A stretch of 63,938 nucleotides of DNA, the filler included, from Octopus bimaculoides (Eukaryota), in the NCBI RefSeq assembly GCF_001194135.2. It is 8 parts of 6 records of this genome, joined end to end, with 100 filler letters (N's around TTAATTAATTAA, not from the genome) between each part and the next. Parts side by side here need not be neighbours in the genome. Positions count along the whole stretch, not along the records: positions 32,543 to 43,344 come from NC_068985.1; positions 43,445 to 54,386 come from NC_068983.1; 6 more parts are not named here. One strand, 5' to 3'. The notes beneath the pieces were generated by a model. That model saw nothing but the letters and a program-made list of their open reading frames with translations, did no database searches and was not told the DNA's origin. Shown piece after piece: positions 35,669-48,787 of this stretch. Positions within the stretch are counted from its first letter, which is position 1, and every line of letters starts with the position of its first letter. The position numbers and the translations under genes were made by a program.

Positions 35669-36800
35669 ATGCGAACATTCGCGTTAAGGTTGAGGCACCT
35701 CTGGCTTTACCTGGATGGAGAGCAGGTGTGGTCACGGCACGTCCAGTTCTACCTTCCGCAATTAACGTCCTTAACGGACATCGGTAAATGGATCAAGCAG
35801 AGACCTAGGCTGGGGGAATGGCAATTGGAGTGCCGTCAGGCACCTCAGCTACTCTCTCGGGCGGGCGATGCCGGCAATAGGAGTTCCACCGCGGATTTTT
35901 ATAGCGGGTTAGTGGGATTTATGTCCGAAGACGCCTTGGGGAAGACCCTGGGCTACGATGAAAATCACTTGATCAACCTGTTCAGGAGAACTTTCGGGCC
36001 GGGGTATCTGGACAATCACCAGAAATCCCTGGCTTGGCAGTGATTCCGTGCGGCGTTACCTGTTCGTGATAAACTGTCAAGGCACAGAAGTGCCGTCTCG
36101 CCGACATGTCCAAGGTGCGAGCAGGACAGGGAAACCGTCTTGCACTCATTTGTGGAATGTCCGGAATTAACGATATGATAGTTTTCACAGAGAAACTGTT
36201 GTCATCGATGGGAAGAGTACAGCTATCAGCCGAGTTTATCATCGAGATTGTGCTGCCTCCTTCCCTTAACAAGGAAAGGATGGCTTGCTTTTTCTGCGTA
36301 GTAGCTATACTGAAAGAAACAGTATGGAAGACGCGTGTGAGAGGCATAGTGACGGGTACCTTTGTATCCGGCCAGGAGTCAGTTAAATTTTTTAGTTACC
36401 ACCTCAGTAGCAAAATCAGGCTGGAGAAGAGGTACCTGTCATGAGATAGATTCATGAGAAGATGGAAGCTTCTGGCAAGGAAGCTGGGAGTGTCTGACAC
36501 CAGGTAAGTGTAGGCCAAAAAAAAAAAAAAAGGAAAAAGAAAGCAAAGGGTCTACCCTGGTGGTCGGATGCCTTTCCTTCATGAAAGTCATTGCAAATTG
36601 CAATGAGTAACAGGTAAATTGTAATAAGCAATTTGTAATTCGTAATTTGTAAAATATAATCGGTAAATTGTATTTATAATTTTTAAATCGCATCAGAAAT
36701 TTATAAATTTTTAACGTTATAGCAGCTACTACACCTTTTTATGTTTGTCTGTCTTTGTTCGTCCCTTCTTTGTAATGCCTTCATGGCAAATATTATATGT
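35669..36800 (+). mobile_element. 5'-truncated Tx1/L1-clade ORF2 C-terminus plus 3'UTR
   Basis: LDNHQKSLAWQ*FRAALPVRDKL...TCPRCEQDRETVLHSFVEC (C-terminal zinc knuckle), ILKETVWKTR, FFSYHLSSKIRLEK. Confidence 0.85.
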
Positions 36801-37179
36801 TAGAGTTAGCTTGCAGTCTCTAGCCGATAACATGCAATGTGAGTGAGAGCGGACATCTCATTATGTATGCAAGAGTAAATGTATATACTGTGTGAGAATG
36901 TATTCTTTTCACTTGTTAAGGTTATCTCTACAGATTTTCTTTAGAAATTATAGCCAGCATTATTTTTGTTACGACATTTCGTATCAGAGACGTCAGATGT
37001 AAACAAACAATGAGATTATGGATGAAAACTAGGTAATGGGCGTACATAACATTTTAGAAGTTTAATATGCTTTGTAGTATACTATGGTTGCATAACGAAT
37101 ACCATGTTCCTACAGGTCAATATTTGCTCGACATTGCGTTTTTATTCTTCTCTTCTGTTTTATTTTGACATGCGCATTG

Positions 37180-37570
37180 TGTATTTATTCTTGTCTTCCG
37201 TTTTGCGAATTGAGTGTGCACATGCACATTGCGTATTCATTCTTCTTTTTCCGGTCCCTACTCAGAACTGTTTACAGATCACATCTCACGAACGTAGTTC
37301 GTGAGGAGCGCTTGCACTCCGACGGCTGTGAAAAAATATTGACAATTGGCTTCATTAGCTGAAAATGATAGCCTCTACTACGCATGCGTAAAAAAATTCA
37401 ATAAAATTCAAAAGCACCAATCGAATCAAAATGTACGTATAACATTCTTTTTGTACAAAACCTGTAAAGACAGCCGTCAAAACGCAAAAGGAAAATGACC
37501 GTTACTGATTGGACGAAATCGATGTCAAAAGACGAGTCATGAAATTGTATATATGACTCAGGTAATCGAT
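37180..37570. promoter_or_regulatory. CpG-rich promoter-like segment
   Basis: Locally many CpGs; palindrome TACGCATGCGTA 37379-37390 (NRF1-like), CCAAT 37417, ATTGG 37508, TGACTCA 37554, CAG|GTAATC donor at 37561/37562. Confidence 0.3.
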
Positions 37571-37759
37571 CTAAGAACCGATGACCATGAACTCTGCTGC
37601 TAAACATGGTTATTTATATTGATTACTTATATAATACGTTCGACATTATGGATTGATCACTGTCTGTTTCGAGAACTCAAAGACCTATGTATGTATGTAT
37701 GTATGTATGTATGTATGTATGTATGTATGTATGTATGTATGTATGTATGTCATTATTCA

Positions 37760-37855
37760 ATTTTATTTCAAGATTTCTTGCCAATAGAGAAAGAGTTGGT
37801 TTCTAATCCAAGGCTCCTTCATTGGCATTTCAACGTCAACAATAGGATATTTTGG
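37760..37855 (-). repeat. Microsatellite-flanked interspersed repeat, homologous to about 50497-50597 (+)
   Basis: Reverse complement CCAATGAAGGAGCCTTGGAT...CTCTTTCTCTATTGGCAAGAAAT matches 50517 onward. Confidence 0.75.
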
Positions 37856-38289
37856 TATGTATGTATGTATGTATGTATGTATGTATGTATGTATCTATCT
37901 ATCTATCTATCTATCTATCCGTGCAGATTTATATGTTTTGTTTTATGTTTGTCTTCTTATGCATATAGCCACATATCTAGACATGCTCATGTATCCTTTT
38001 TTACGGTTTTTACAGTTCCAGTAATGGTTTGGATCTGTAGTCTACGAATCAGCTTTTTCCTTTGTGTGTTTGAGAAGCCTAATTTCTCAAGATATTTAGG
38101 CAGTGTGTTACATATTCCAGTGCCCCAATGATATGTATGTATGTCTGTCTCTATGTATGTATGTATGTATGTATGTATGGCATGCGTTTGTATTTACAAA
38201 AAAGAGAATGGTACCCAGTACATGCAGTATATGTTGTACACGCATGTAATAACATCAAATGCAAGTAATAGAATTTATATTATCATCTT

Positions 38290-38790
38290 AGTGACGAGAA
38301 ATGCAAGACAAGGTATTCAATATTGGCGGGTAAACTGTGTTCAATTGATTATTATTTGTATTACAGCCAGCACTCTGTACAATACCTTAGGTTTTCTACA
38401 ACTAGAGCGAGTCTAAGTCCATTCTTCAGATGTTTGGGAAACTGATTCTTCAGACAATTGAAGAATGCGAGCAGATTCACGCTACTAGAAGGGCGTTGAA
38501 GCATAGCGATTTTTGAAGTCACCTTCACATAATCCGATGTCACTCTTCTTTTAGGTTATGTTATCAACTAGCGTTGCTGTAACTTCAGCCTCATATACGA
38601 CAGATTTGATCATGCACCTCTGGCCGAATAGACAGGTTCCTGGGTCTCTACAGTTACAAATGGGCGTACGCTCTTGGTGGAAATTGCCGTTTAACGATGC
38701 TTTTCATATTGCGGCAGCATCTATATGATAATTTGAGCGCCTGTTGAATATCATTCTGCACCTGTGATTTACGAGAAAATGTTTCTCTTA
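38290..38790 (-). mobile_element. Degraded Hydra-type PLE endonuclease region
   Basis: Minus strand: IFNRR / LKLSYRCCRNMKSIV, CNCRDPGTCLFGQRC, SVVYEAEVT, DIGLCEGDFKNRY; not shown in the ORF track because of stops. Confidence 0.8.
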
Positions 38791-39247
38791 AGGAGACAGT
38801 AATGTTTTACCTATGTTGGGTTTAACATTAAAAGAAAGGGGAGGGGATCAAACCAAATTATTCTCTTAGGCATATTTTTAAGTTCATTTTTATTCCTTTA
38901 TATTTTTATCCCTTGAAATATCGAGATCGTTTCTTGATAAAGTGATAAAGTTTTTTAAATTACATGTTGATATAGAGCAGATTCTTGAAAAAAAAAAAAA
39001 AAAAAGTGAGATCGTCTGAAGTCTAACAACTGATGGTAACTTAAAATATCTCAAGAAAAGGACTTTCTATATAAACTTAATGCTTCTAACTGAAAAGTGA
39101 ATATGAGGTTCAAAGTACGTGGTGGATGAATCATCTCATTTGTACGAGACGAGAAGTAGTCTAATACAGGGAATAGTTGAGCTTCCATTTATAATTGGAA
39201 CTTATTCATAAATGTCCCTGAAAAGCAAAATGCGATTAAAAGTTTCA

Positions 39248-39297
<50 letters not shown>

Positions 39298-39350
39298 GTG
39301 TGTGTATGTATATTATATATATATATATATATGTATATATATGTATGTAT

Positions 39351-39381
<31 letters not shown>

Positions 39382-39844
39382 CACACACATAAAGAATTTT
39401 AATTTGAGTAAGATATGTTTCGTGTGAAAGGAAAACAGAATCAAAGAAATATTTACCTTGGTCAGAAAGAAATATATAGAATATGAAATAATATACTTTA
39501 AAAGAACTACATACAGTAATAAGTAAATATCTCCCAAGTAGTGCATTTCTTTCAATTTAAAGCGATTATTATTAAAACTCTTATGATGAGTACCTGTATT
39601 AAGTGGATGGGAAATAAACTTTTTCAGGGATATGATGTCAGTCGGTTGTCGGTAATTCCGACATCTTGTAGACGGATTTTTGTTTCAAAAATTGAGGTCC
39701 TTGGAGTCTTTATTTGTATTTAGCAATCTACAATATCAGTAAAAGTTCAACTATTCGAACGAAATGTTGATGCTTCATTTAAACAAAATGCTGAATAATA
39801 ATAGGTGAAAGTGACGGCATGCCATGGTGCTTAAGTATTCTCTT

Positions 39845-40320
39845 TGGGCACTAATGATGCATGATTTCAACTCGATACCAAAACCAGGTTACTTTGTAGG
39901 ATTCGTTGACTCACTTAACTTTGGCACATGATCACCCTTTGGTGACGGAATTAAGTACAAAACAAAATTAGGCTTGACGGAAGTTGGGATTTATTTTATC
40001 AACGTAAAAAGATAGGAAGGCAAAGTTTACGCTGTTAGGTTCTGAATTTAGCATATATTTAATCGGAAATTCTATTGTATCAGACAAGCACCTATTCTAA
40101 GTAAAATATTGATTTCTACCATTGACATGTTTTTGTCGGGGAGGTTTAGTCGATTTATTCGACTTCATTACTTGACTGGTATTTTATTTTATCAATGCTG
40201 GGAGTATGAAAGATAAAATTGGTTATTGCGGAATTATGAACTCAGAACTTAAAAGGCAATAATTAGACACCAGACGGCATTCTGTTTGACGCTTTAACAA
40301 TTCTGCCAATCTATCTTCCG
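39845..40320 (-). mobile_element. Two degraded SINE family B copies
   Basis: AGTCGATTTATTCGAC...CTGGTATTTTATTTTATC...AATTATGAACTCAGAAC colinear with 24250-24408. Confidence 0.55.
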
Positions 40321-41332
40321 AGCAAAATATTAATTTTTTTAACTTACCTCAAACGGAGCCCCTTTTCTTTGTATTAACACATGAATATCTTGGTGGGGGG
40401 GTTGTGATTAAAATAATTGTCACCATAATAGTAACAACTGTTCTAATGTTTAAATTATCATTTATATTATCATGGTTATTGTGTATCGATCTGTTTTTCT
40501 TTTATGAATATGAAATATTTTTGTAATTAATTCAGTAATAAACAGATGGTTTATGTTTAAAATTAACTGCAAAGAAATTTAGGGCATATTGTTTCATATT
40601 TGAACAAAAACATAACGTCTCTCTATGCAAATTCATTAACTGAATATGGATTTGGCGTCATTACATTTAACACCAATATAACAATATCTTACACTGTTAC
40701 TCTGTTTTTTACTGATGTGCCTGTTTAATATATGGGGAAATATTCTCACGTTTATTTTCAAACGAGCATTTTCCAAAGTAGTTTTCAGTTCAACCGCCCA
40801 ATCAGCAGCTTCTAGGTATTTTATGAAAATACTTGCTTCCAAGCAGAAGAAAAAATCAAAATTGAACTCTTCCAGAACCCCAGATTCAAGAAGCAAAAAA
40901 AATAACCAAAGGACACACAGACATCGATAGATTGCGTTCTCATTAACTTCAATTGACAAAGGTTTATCTGAATTATATTTGTTTGGAAATATTTTCCTCA
41001 ACAACAACTAACTTATATAAATTAATCTTCTTCGAGAAATTACTTCTTCCTTGAAACTGTTCTTCTTAAACTGAATTTTGCTGTTTTTCCAAATTAGTCT
41101 TCCTATAGACACTACACCCTTGAGAAGAAATGCCCTCTTGCTGGATTGAATTTCCTAAGGATTAACCTGGCTTGAATTTAAATCTTCAAATTGATATCCA
41201 TACGAGATTATTCTACTGCGAAACTTGATTTTTCGTTGAAATTAGTATTATTGTAAAACGAATTTACTTGTACAACAGACTCTACATTAAAAGTAATCTA
41301 GTCCAGAGGTCGTACTGAGTGTGTCAGCAAAA

Positions 41333-41449
41333 ATGGCCAAGTCAGACAAGAAAGAGAAGTGGCGTCGTCGGTTCCGTTACGCAATTACTGTCATTGGACC
41401 TTGTTTGATTATTTTTCTTGTTGCATTTTGCTACTTATGCAAATGTTAA
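41333..41449 (+). CDS. Candidate 38-aa small membrane protein or terminal TM exon
   Basis: AAAAATGG start; MAKSDKKEKWRRRFRYAITVIGPCLIIFLVAFCYLCKC*; basic stretch followed by a ~20-aa hydrophobic helix. Confidence 0.3.
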   Translation: MAKSDKKEKWRRRFRYAITVIGPCLIIFLVAFCYLCKC

Positions 41450-42829
41450 CCAGAGAAAATGCCATGTATTCATGTAGAACGTGTTAAAATGCAAATAACA
41501 AATCTTTTTTATTCAGCATGGATATCCGACACTTTGGTGGGTTTTTGTTCTTTTTGTTTTTATTCGTTTTTATTACTAATCACTGTTGTAAAATATATTT
41601 TCCAACTAAAATTGATGAAATAGAAGAGAGAGTAGCGCCTCGGATTAAATGTTATTCAGAATTTCATTTCGTTCCTCTGCATTTTGAGTTTAAATCGAGT
41701 GTGGTTGACTTTGATTTTCATCAAGCAAGGAAAGATAAAATTCCTACCAGACATATAACGAGATAAATTTTATAGACTAAACCGAATAACTACAACATTA
41801 CACTTTTCTATTGCTCTGTGAAAATCCTCTCCAAATTAGATAATCTATCTATCTATCTATCTCCCTTTCTTTTTGCATACACACAGAGACACACACACAT
41901 ACATATATGTATATGTATACACATGCGCCCACACCCAACGAACGCACACACGTGAATGCACACACACACACACACGCACACACACATACATACACAAATA
42001 CACATGCAAGCATTTCATTCAGCTTTGTGTGCTGGTAGTGCAGGACTTGGAATTTTTCAGAATTAAACTATATGTTATTATCCCCACCTCACCTGTATAT
42101 TGTGTCCTGTGTCCNNNNNNNNNNNNNNNNNNNNNNNNNNNNNNNNNNNNNNNNNNNNNNNNNNNNNNNNNNNNNNNNNNNNNNNNNNNNNNNNNNNNNN
42201 NNNNNNNNNNNNNNNNNNNNNNNNNNNNNNNNNNNNNNNNNNNNNNNNNNNNNNNNNNNNNNNNNNNNNNNNNNNNNNNNNNNNNNNNNNNNNNNNNNNN
42301 NNNNNNNNNNNNNNNNNNNNNNNNNNNNNNNNNNNNNNNNNNNNNNNNNNNNNNNNNNNNNNNNNNNNNNNNNNNNNNNNNNNNNNNNNNNNNNNNNNNN
42401 NNNNNNNNNNNNNNNNNNNNNNNNNNNNNNNNNNNNNNNNNNNNNNNNNNNNNNNNNNNNNNNNNNNNNNNNNNNNNNNNNNNNNNNNNNNNNNNNNNNN
42501 NNNNNNNNNNNNNNNNNNNNNNNNNNNNNNNNNNNNNNNNNNNNNNNNNNNNNNNNNNNNNNNNNNNNNNNNNNNNNNNNNNNNNNNNNNNNNNNNNNNN
42601 NNNNNNNNNNNNNNNNNNNNNNNNNNNNNNNNNNNNNNNNNNNNNNNNNNNNNNNNNNNNNNNNNNNNNNNNNNNNNNNNNNNNNNNNNNNNNNNNNNNN
42701 NNNNNNNNNNNNNNNNNNNNNNNNNNNNNNNNNNNNNNNNNNNNNNNNNNNNNNNNNNNNNNNNNNNNNNNNNNNNNNNNNNNNNNNNNNNNNNNNNNNN
42801 NNNNNNNNNNNNNNNNNNNNNNNNNNNNN

Positions 42830-42860
<31 letters not shown>

Positions 42861-43280
42861 TGGCCTTCATATAGGTAAGAAAGGATAAACATGCCTCTAG
42901 CTAGCTTGGCCTTCATACTGGCAAGAAGGGATAAACATCCCTCTGTGATTCATCCAATAATGCAGTATCGCCTGATGAATCAATGATGATGATCAACCCA
43001 CAAATAATACGGACTATACTGTACTAATGATACCGACTCTGATGTTAAAATCATGTGATTTGTAGAAACGTGCTTAGCAATGTATTAAATATCGATAAAT
43101 TCCATCCTAGAATTATTGTTATTATTATATTCATCCTACATTATACCCGTATAACAATGATGCAGCCCCAGGAGACTAGCTTACTAGTCAGTATCATTAG
43201 ATGGTGGCTGGCATAACGAAATAGGAGCTTTATTTGCATTCCCCTAACGTTACCATAAACGAATTTAAAAGATAGACATA

Positions 43281-43331
<51 letters not shown>

Positions 43332-43461
43332 TATATTATACATANNNNNNNNNNNNNNNNNNNNNNNNNNNNNNNNNNNNNNNNNNNNTTAATTAATTAA
43401 NNNNNNNNNNNNNNNNNNNNNNNNNNNNNNNNNNNNNNNNNNNNATACATACATACATACA

Positions 43462-43492
<31 letters not shown>

Positions 43493-45720
43493 GCGTGACT
43501 TGAAAATGTAACACTGGACAGAATGTTCAATATCATACAAGAAAGGAATCTATTTAAAATAGTCTTCGTGAGTTTAAAAGAAAGATAAAATAATGTCCTT
43601 CTGGGCACCGTTGTTACCATATTTATTGAAATTTACAATCTGAAGTTTCTATTTCCTATTCAAAGCCACGAACTGTTTAGTTCACAAATTGGCTTGTTTG
43701 AAATTCTTTGTACTTGACATTTTTTGTGTTTCTTGTGATTGTTTATTCAAAGAATGACCAGTGCATTTAACATTTTCATTCTTCCTCAAACTGGGGCGAT
43801 CGATGAATTTAATACCTAGTTTGAACATCTCCCAGTTGATAGTGTCTGTAAGAAAATCATGATCATGGAGTGAGTTGAAGTTCTATGCAGCAAAGTATAA
43901 GCAGAATATTTAGTGCAGTCTTTGATGTAGAGAATGGAAAGATGTGAAGAGCGTTTATCTATCAGAGAGACCGTAACAAAGGTTATATCTTGCAGGGGTT
44001 TTCAAAAGAGGAACGGCTGTAGTAGCAGTAATAGGGTCAGAGTATGCTTTTGAGCAATAGGTTGTTATATGTTGTTCAGTGAAACTTTGCCAATAAGCCA
44101 AAGAATCTTTTTATTTGTATACTCGTCATTGTTTTGGATATGTTTGCAGAAAGTATATATAGGTGTATATATAATTTTTCTTCATGTTAACAATTATATG
44201 AAGTTGAAATATATACGGTCGGAAGAATGAACTTTGTTTAGGGCACAGTTTAGCAGTGCCTTGAATGTGTATTTCTTTAGTTTCTTAGCTCTGCAACAAT
44301 AGGATTCAGCTATTATTTTCCAGGCACTCCGGTTTATTTGATATACTTGAAATTATAATTTCCTTTTATATGTTATGTCAAAATGATTGATCATCTAAAC
44401 TACCTCATTTTTCATCCACATTGTGCTTGAAAATTACATTTAGACTAGGGTAAAAGAACTTCTCAATATTACACATACATAGCCAATGGAATTATATGAA
44501 AATAATTAGAAACTTGTTAATCATAATTGTTTTTCTTATGGTATTTTGTTTTTGTCAGGAGAATAATTTTATGTATATCTTCACGATGATGACAATCTTT
44601 ACGCTGTCGTTGTTCTTGGCTGTTTTAATATTATTACTGTCGTTCGAGTGCAATATCATGTATATTGAAATATGTTTTAAGTACGATAAAGCAAGCCAGA
44701 CCAAGTGGTTAGAAAATAGAGATCAACATAAAAGCTTTGCATATATTCGTTAGGCACACTACCCAAGTATTTGACATTTCTAATGCCATATAGCTACAGA
44801 TTATACTGAAAAGTGTGAATGTGCGCATCTGTGTGTGTATATGTGTGTGGTATATGTGTTTCTGTGTGTGCATATATACGTGTGTGTGTGTATAATATCT
44901 GCGTGTGAATGTATAATTATATATATATATATATATATGNNNNNNNNNNNNNNNNNNNNNNNNNNNNNNNNNNNNNNNNNNNNNNNNNNNNNNNNNNNNN
45001 NNNNNNNNNNNNNNNNNNNNNNNNNNNNNNNNNNNNNNNNNNNNNNNNNNNNNNNNNNNNNNNNNNNNNNNNNNNNNNNNNNNNNNNNNNNNNNNNNNNN
45101 NNNNNNNNNNNNNNNNNNNNNNNNNNNNNNNNNNNNNNNNNNNNNNNNNNNNNNNNNNNNNNNNNNNNNNNNNNNNNNNNNNNNNNNNNNNNNNNNNNNN
45201 NNNNNNNNNNNNNNNNNNNNNNNNNNNNNNNNNNNNNNNNNNNNNNNNNNNNNNNNNNNNNNNNNNNNNNNNNNNNNNNNNNNNNNNNNNNNNNNNNNNN
45301 NNNNNNNNNNNNNNNNNNNNNNNNNNNNNNNNNNNNNNNNNNNNNNNNNNNNNNNNNNNNNNNNNNNNNNNNNNNNNNNNNNNNNNNNNNNNNNNNNNNN
45401 NNNNNNNNNNNNNNNNNNNNNNNNNNNNNNNNNNNNNNNNNNNNNNNNNNNNNNNNNNNNNNNNNNNNNNNNNNNNNNNNNNNNNNNNNNNNNNNNNNNN
45501 NNNNNNNNNNNNNNNNNNNNNNNNNNNNNNNNNNNNNNNNNNNNNNNNNNNNNNNNNNNNNNNNNNNNNNNNNNNNNNNNNNNNNNNNNNNNNNNNNNNN
45601 NNNNNNNNNNNNNNNNNNNNNNNNNNNNNNNNNNNNNNNNNNNNNNNNNNNNNNNNNNNNNNNNNNNNNNNNGTGGAATCTATCCACTGGTTTTCAGAAA
45701 TAGAGTTATTAATATTTCAA

Positions 45721-46020
45721 AGTCTCTCTAAAGGAGACTACGGCAGCGGTACTGGAAATTAATAGTTATCGCCAAGCCAACATGGCAGTCCCAAAATTAG
45801 GACGAAAGCTGCCGTGAATTAGCTCCAAGAAGCCATCGCCTCTAGCTAGCTATGTGACACACGAAACCTGTGTCCTTTATATCCTTCGAACAGGGGAGGT
45901 CAGCAGTGTCCCCCTGCTGGTTTGGCATCTGCAGACTAGTTTCAGGGTGTTGCCCCTTGTCAATGCAGAGCAGCCAAGCCCTAGCCAGGCGGCGCTGCTG
46001 ACTATCTGCTCGAAGGTTAT
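45721..46020 (+). repeat. GC-rich interspersed repeat containing a type III hammerhead-like fold
   Basis: CGGCAGC(45741-47)/GCTGCCG(45808-14), GTCC-CAAAATTA-GGAC-GAAA; core degenerate. Confidence 0.45.
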
Positions 46021-48309
46021 TTATCTAATTTCAGTGGAATATATATAATATCTCTGTGCATGTATATTTATATATGGGTTTGTATTTTTATGAGTGCATA
46101 TGCATATGAATAAACGCATTTACTGTGTCAATACTTTTCAAAACTCTTTTAAAACAACACAGTGCGTTGACTGTAGCTACTTGTAGTTGTATTTAATACA
46201 AAATTATCCGCTATTCCTGTATTGACAATCATCGAACAGAGAAGGTATATCCCTACCGGTAAGTTTCCAGATTGGCTGGTAAAATATAAGAATAAATTTT
46301 TTTAAATGGAAAAAAAGGGAATGCATCAGGCGCAACATTTCAGATAATTAAAGAAATGATATTGAGTGTTTGGATAGGTCAGTGTTTCAATGGAAATGTC
46401 TTTCCAAACAAATTGCAATTATTTTCGAATACGCGTACTCAAATACATATAAGCACCCCCACCCCCCACCCCGCATACTCTCTTCCACGTGGTCACTAGC
46501 CGCTGGCTAGCAGGTCTGATGAGTCGTGTATATTGCTGGAAGCAATAAGAGGCATAAAACCTATGACTGCTCAGCCACATATCGACTACATTATATANNN
46601 NNNNNNNNNNNNNNNNNNNNNNNNNNNNNNNNNNNNNNNNNNNNNNNNNNNNNNNNNNNNNNNNNNNNNNNNNNNNNNNNNNNNNNNNNNNNNNNNNNNN
46701 NNNNNNNNNNNNNNNNNNNNNNNNNNNNNNNNNNNNNNNNNNNNNNNNNNNNNNNNNNNNNNNNNNNNNNNNNNNNNNNNNNNNNNNNNNNNNNNNNNNN
46801 NNNNNNNNNNNNNNNNNNNNNNNNNNNNNNNNNNNNNNNNNNNNNNNNNNNNNNNNNNNNNNNNNNNNNNNNNNNNNNNNNNNNNNNCTAGAGTGGAGAC
46901 AAATATATTTGTATTTCATAAATAACATTTTGAAAATATTATTAATTAATTAATTGAGAAGTTTGAATTAGTCAAAGAATAAATTGTTATATTTATTCAT
47001 TTTTATATTTAAATATAGCCAAACAGAACGTATCAAGAAAAAATGTATTGTGAAATAGAAGCTATATAATCTACAAGCACATTTCATTTCTAGGAATGAA
47101 ATCAATATTTATGACTAAACCATTTCTGTCCCCATTCCACTTTATTCCCAAATTCTCACAAGATGTTGCGAGTATGTAAACGAAAATGCTTTCTATAATT
47201 AGTCACTGTATGTCGTGTGCTTCTTATGGAAACTGTTTTATCGGAATTAATGTTTATTTCGGAAGCTCTCTATATAAAAGACATAGTGGGGATGAAGAAG
47301 TTGGCTGTCATTAGATTATTATCCAGTTCAACTGAAGAGACAGATGTCATAGAAATTCAGCTTATTTTAAAGAATTCTTGCATTATTAGAACATAGGTTT
47401 TGACAGCTACATTATATTCAAGAATTGTATGTTTGTTGCACTTCCTTTATATTTTTGAAAATTAAGCATTAGAAAACAGGACTCAAACTGAGTTGTTCGG
47501 TACGTATAACTAAATGTATAAAGGCGTGTTTCTTTGTATTAATATATCTTTGAATAAACACATATTAACTCACATACATCTATCTATCAATCAATATGTT
47601 TATGGAAATAAAAAGTGTGAATATTTATACACACTGCAGCAGATATTAACGAAAAATTGCTTTGTCACTTGTGGACTTATGTATCCATCAGTTGGTGATT
47701 AACTCAATTGACTCCAGATAGAAAGCTGAATAGGTATTTTGATCTTCATGACTATCTTTAACCTCTATTCATGCTTCAAAATGAAGCATCTGCTAAAATG
47801 AATAACGTTCGACATCCTTCAATACAAATCTCTATTGGGTGTATTCTCAGTCGTACTTAGCACTAACACGCACACACACATACACACAGACACATATATT
47901 TATGTATATATATGTATATATATATATATTTGTAATATCATATGTGACAATTATTCGGTTGCCACGATAAAACTCCGAGTTTCGATATATATATTTGATA
48001 ATATTACGGAAAAAATTATTTAATTTTTATTTTTACTATTTTAATATTTATTACTTTGTACTTTTATGATTTAGTGTATATACTTATTAAATTTTTCTAT
48101 GTGTGATTGTGGGTTTTCATGGATGAATTAAATAATTGTGTTTTTTCCTCTAAATTATATATATATATATTTGCACACACACGCACGCACACATGTATGT
48201 ATATACGTATGTAAGGATGTATGTGTGTCTGTATTTCTGACGCTATGTGTGCGTGCACATGTACATGGGTATATATGTGTGCCTGTATTTAGGCATATGC
48301 ATGTGTGTG

Positions 48310-48352
<43 letters not shown>

Positions 48353-48394
48353 CTGTANNNNNNNNNNATATACATATCTGTATTTTTAAGTGTT

Positions 48395-48469
<75 letters not shown>

Positions 48470-48510
48470 CTGTCTCCGTGTGTTTATGCGTATACATATA
48501 TTATATATAT

Positions 48511-48729
48511 ATTCTTTCTTGCTTGTATTCTTTTACACGTTTCACTGGACTGCAGCCTAGCTGAAGAATAGCCTTGAAGGGTTTTAGTCGAAGAAATGAA
48601 CCCCAAAACTTATTTTTTGTAAACCTAGTACTTAGGCTATCGGCGTCTTTTGCCAAACCGCTAAGTTACGGGGAAGTAAACACACCAGCATCGGTTGTTA
48701 ACTGATGGTGAGGGGGCCTGCACAGACAT

Positions 48730-48787
<58 letters not shown>

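Noticed and set aside
37773-37854. Apparent plus-strand 82-nt exon with one open frame
   Set aside because: It is the reverse complement of a dispersed repeat also at 50.5 kb, and the donor is just the start of a (GTAT)n tract
40636-41007. 123-aa minus-strand ORF
   Set aside because: Non-ATG start, upstream in-frame stop, no motif recognised; possibly decayed TE or pseudogene but unsupported
43690-44330. Possible very old CR1-like LINE 3' end on the minus strand
   Set aside because: Only faint motif similarity; cannot be supported without an HMM search
46516-46590. CTGATGAGTCG hammerhead core
   Set aside because: No matching stem II partner followed by GAAA before the gap
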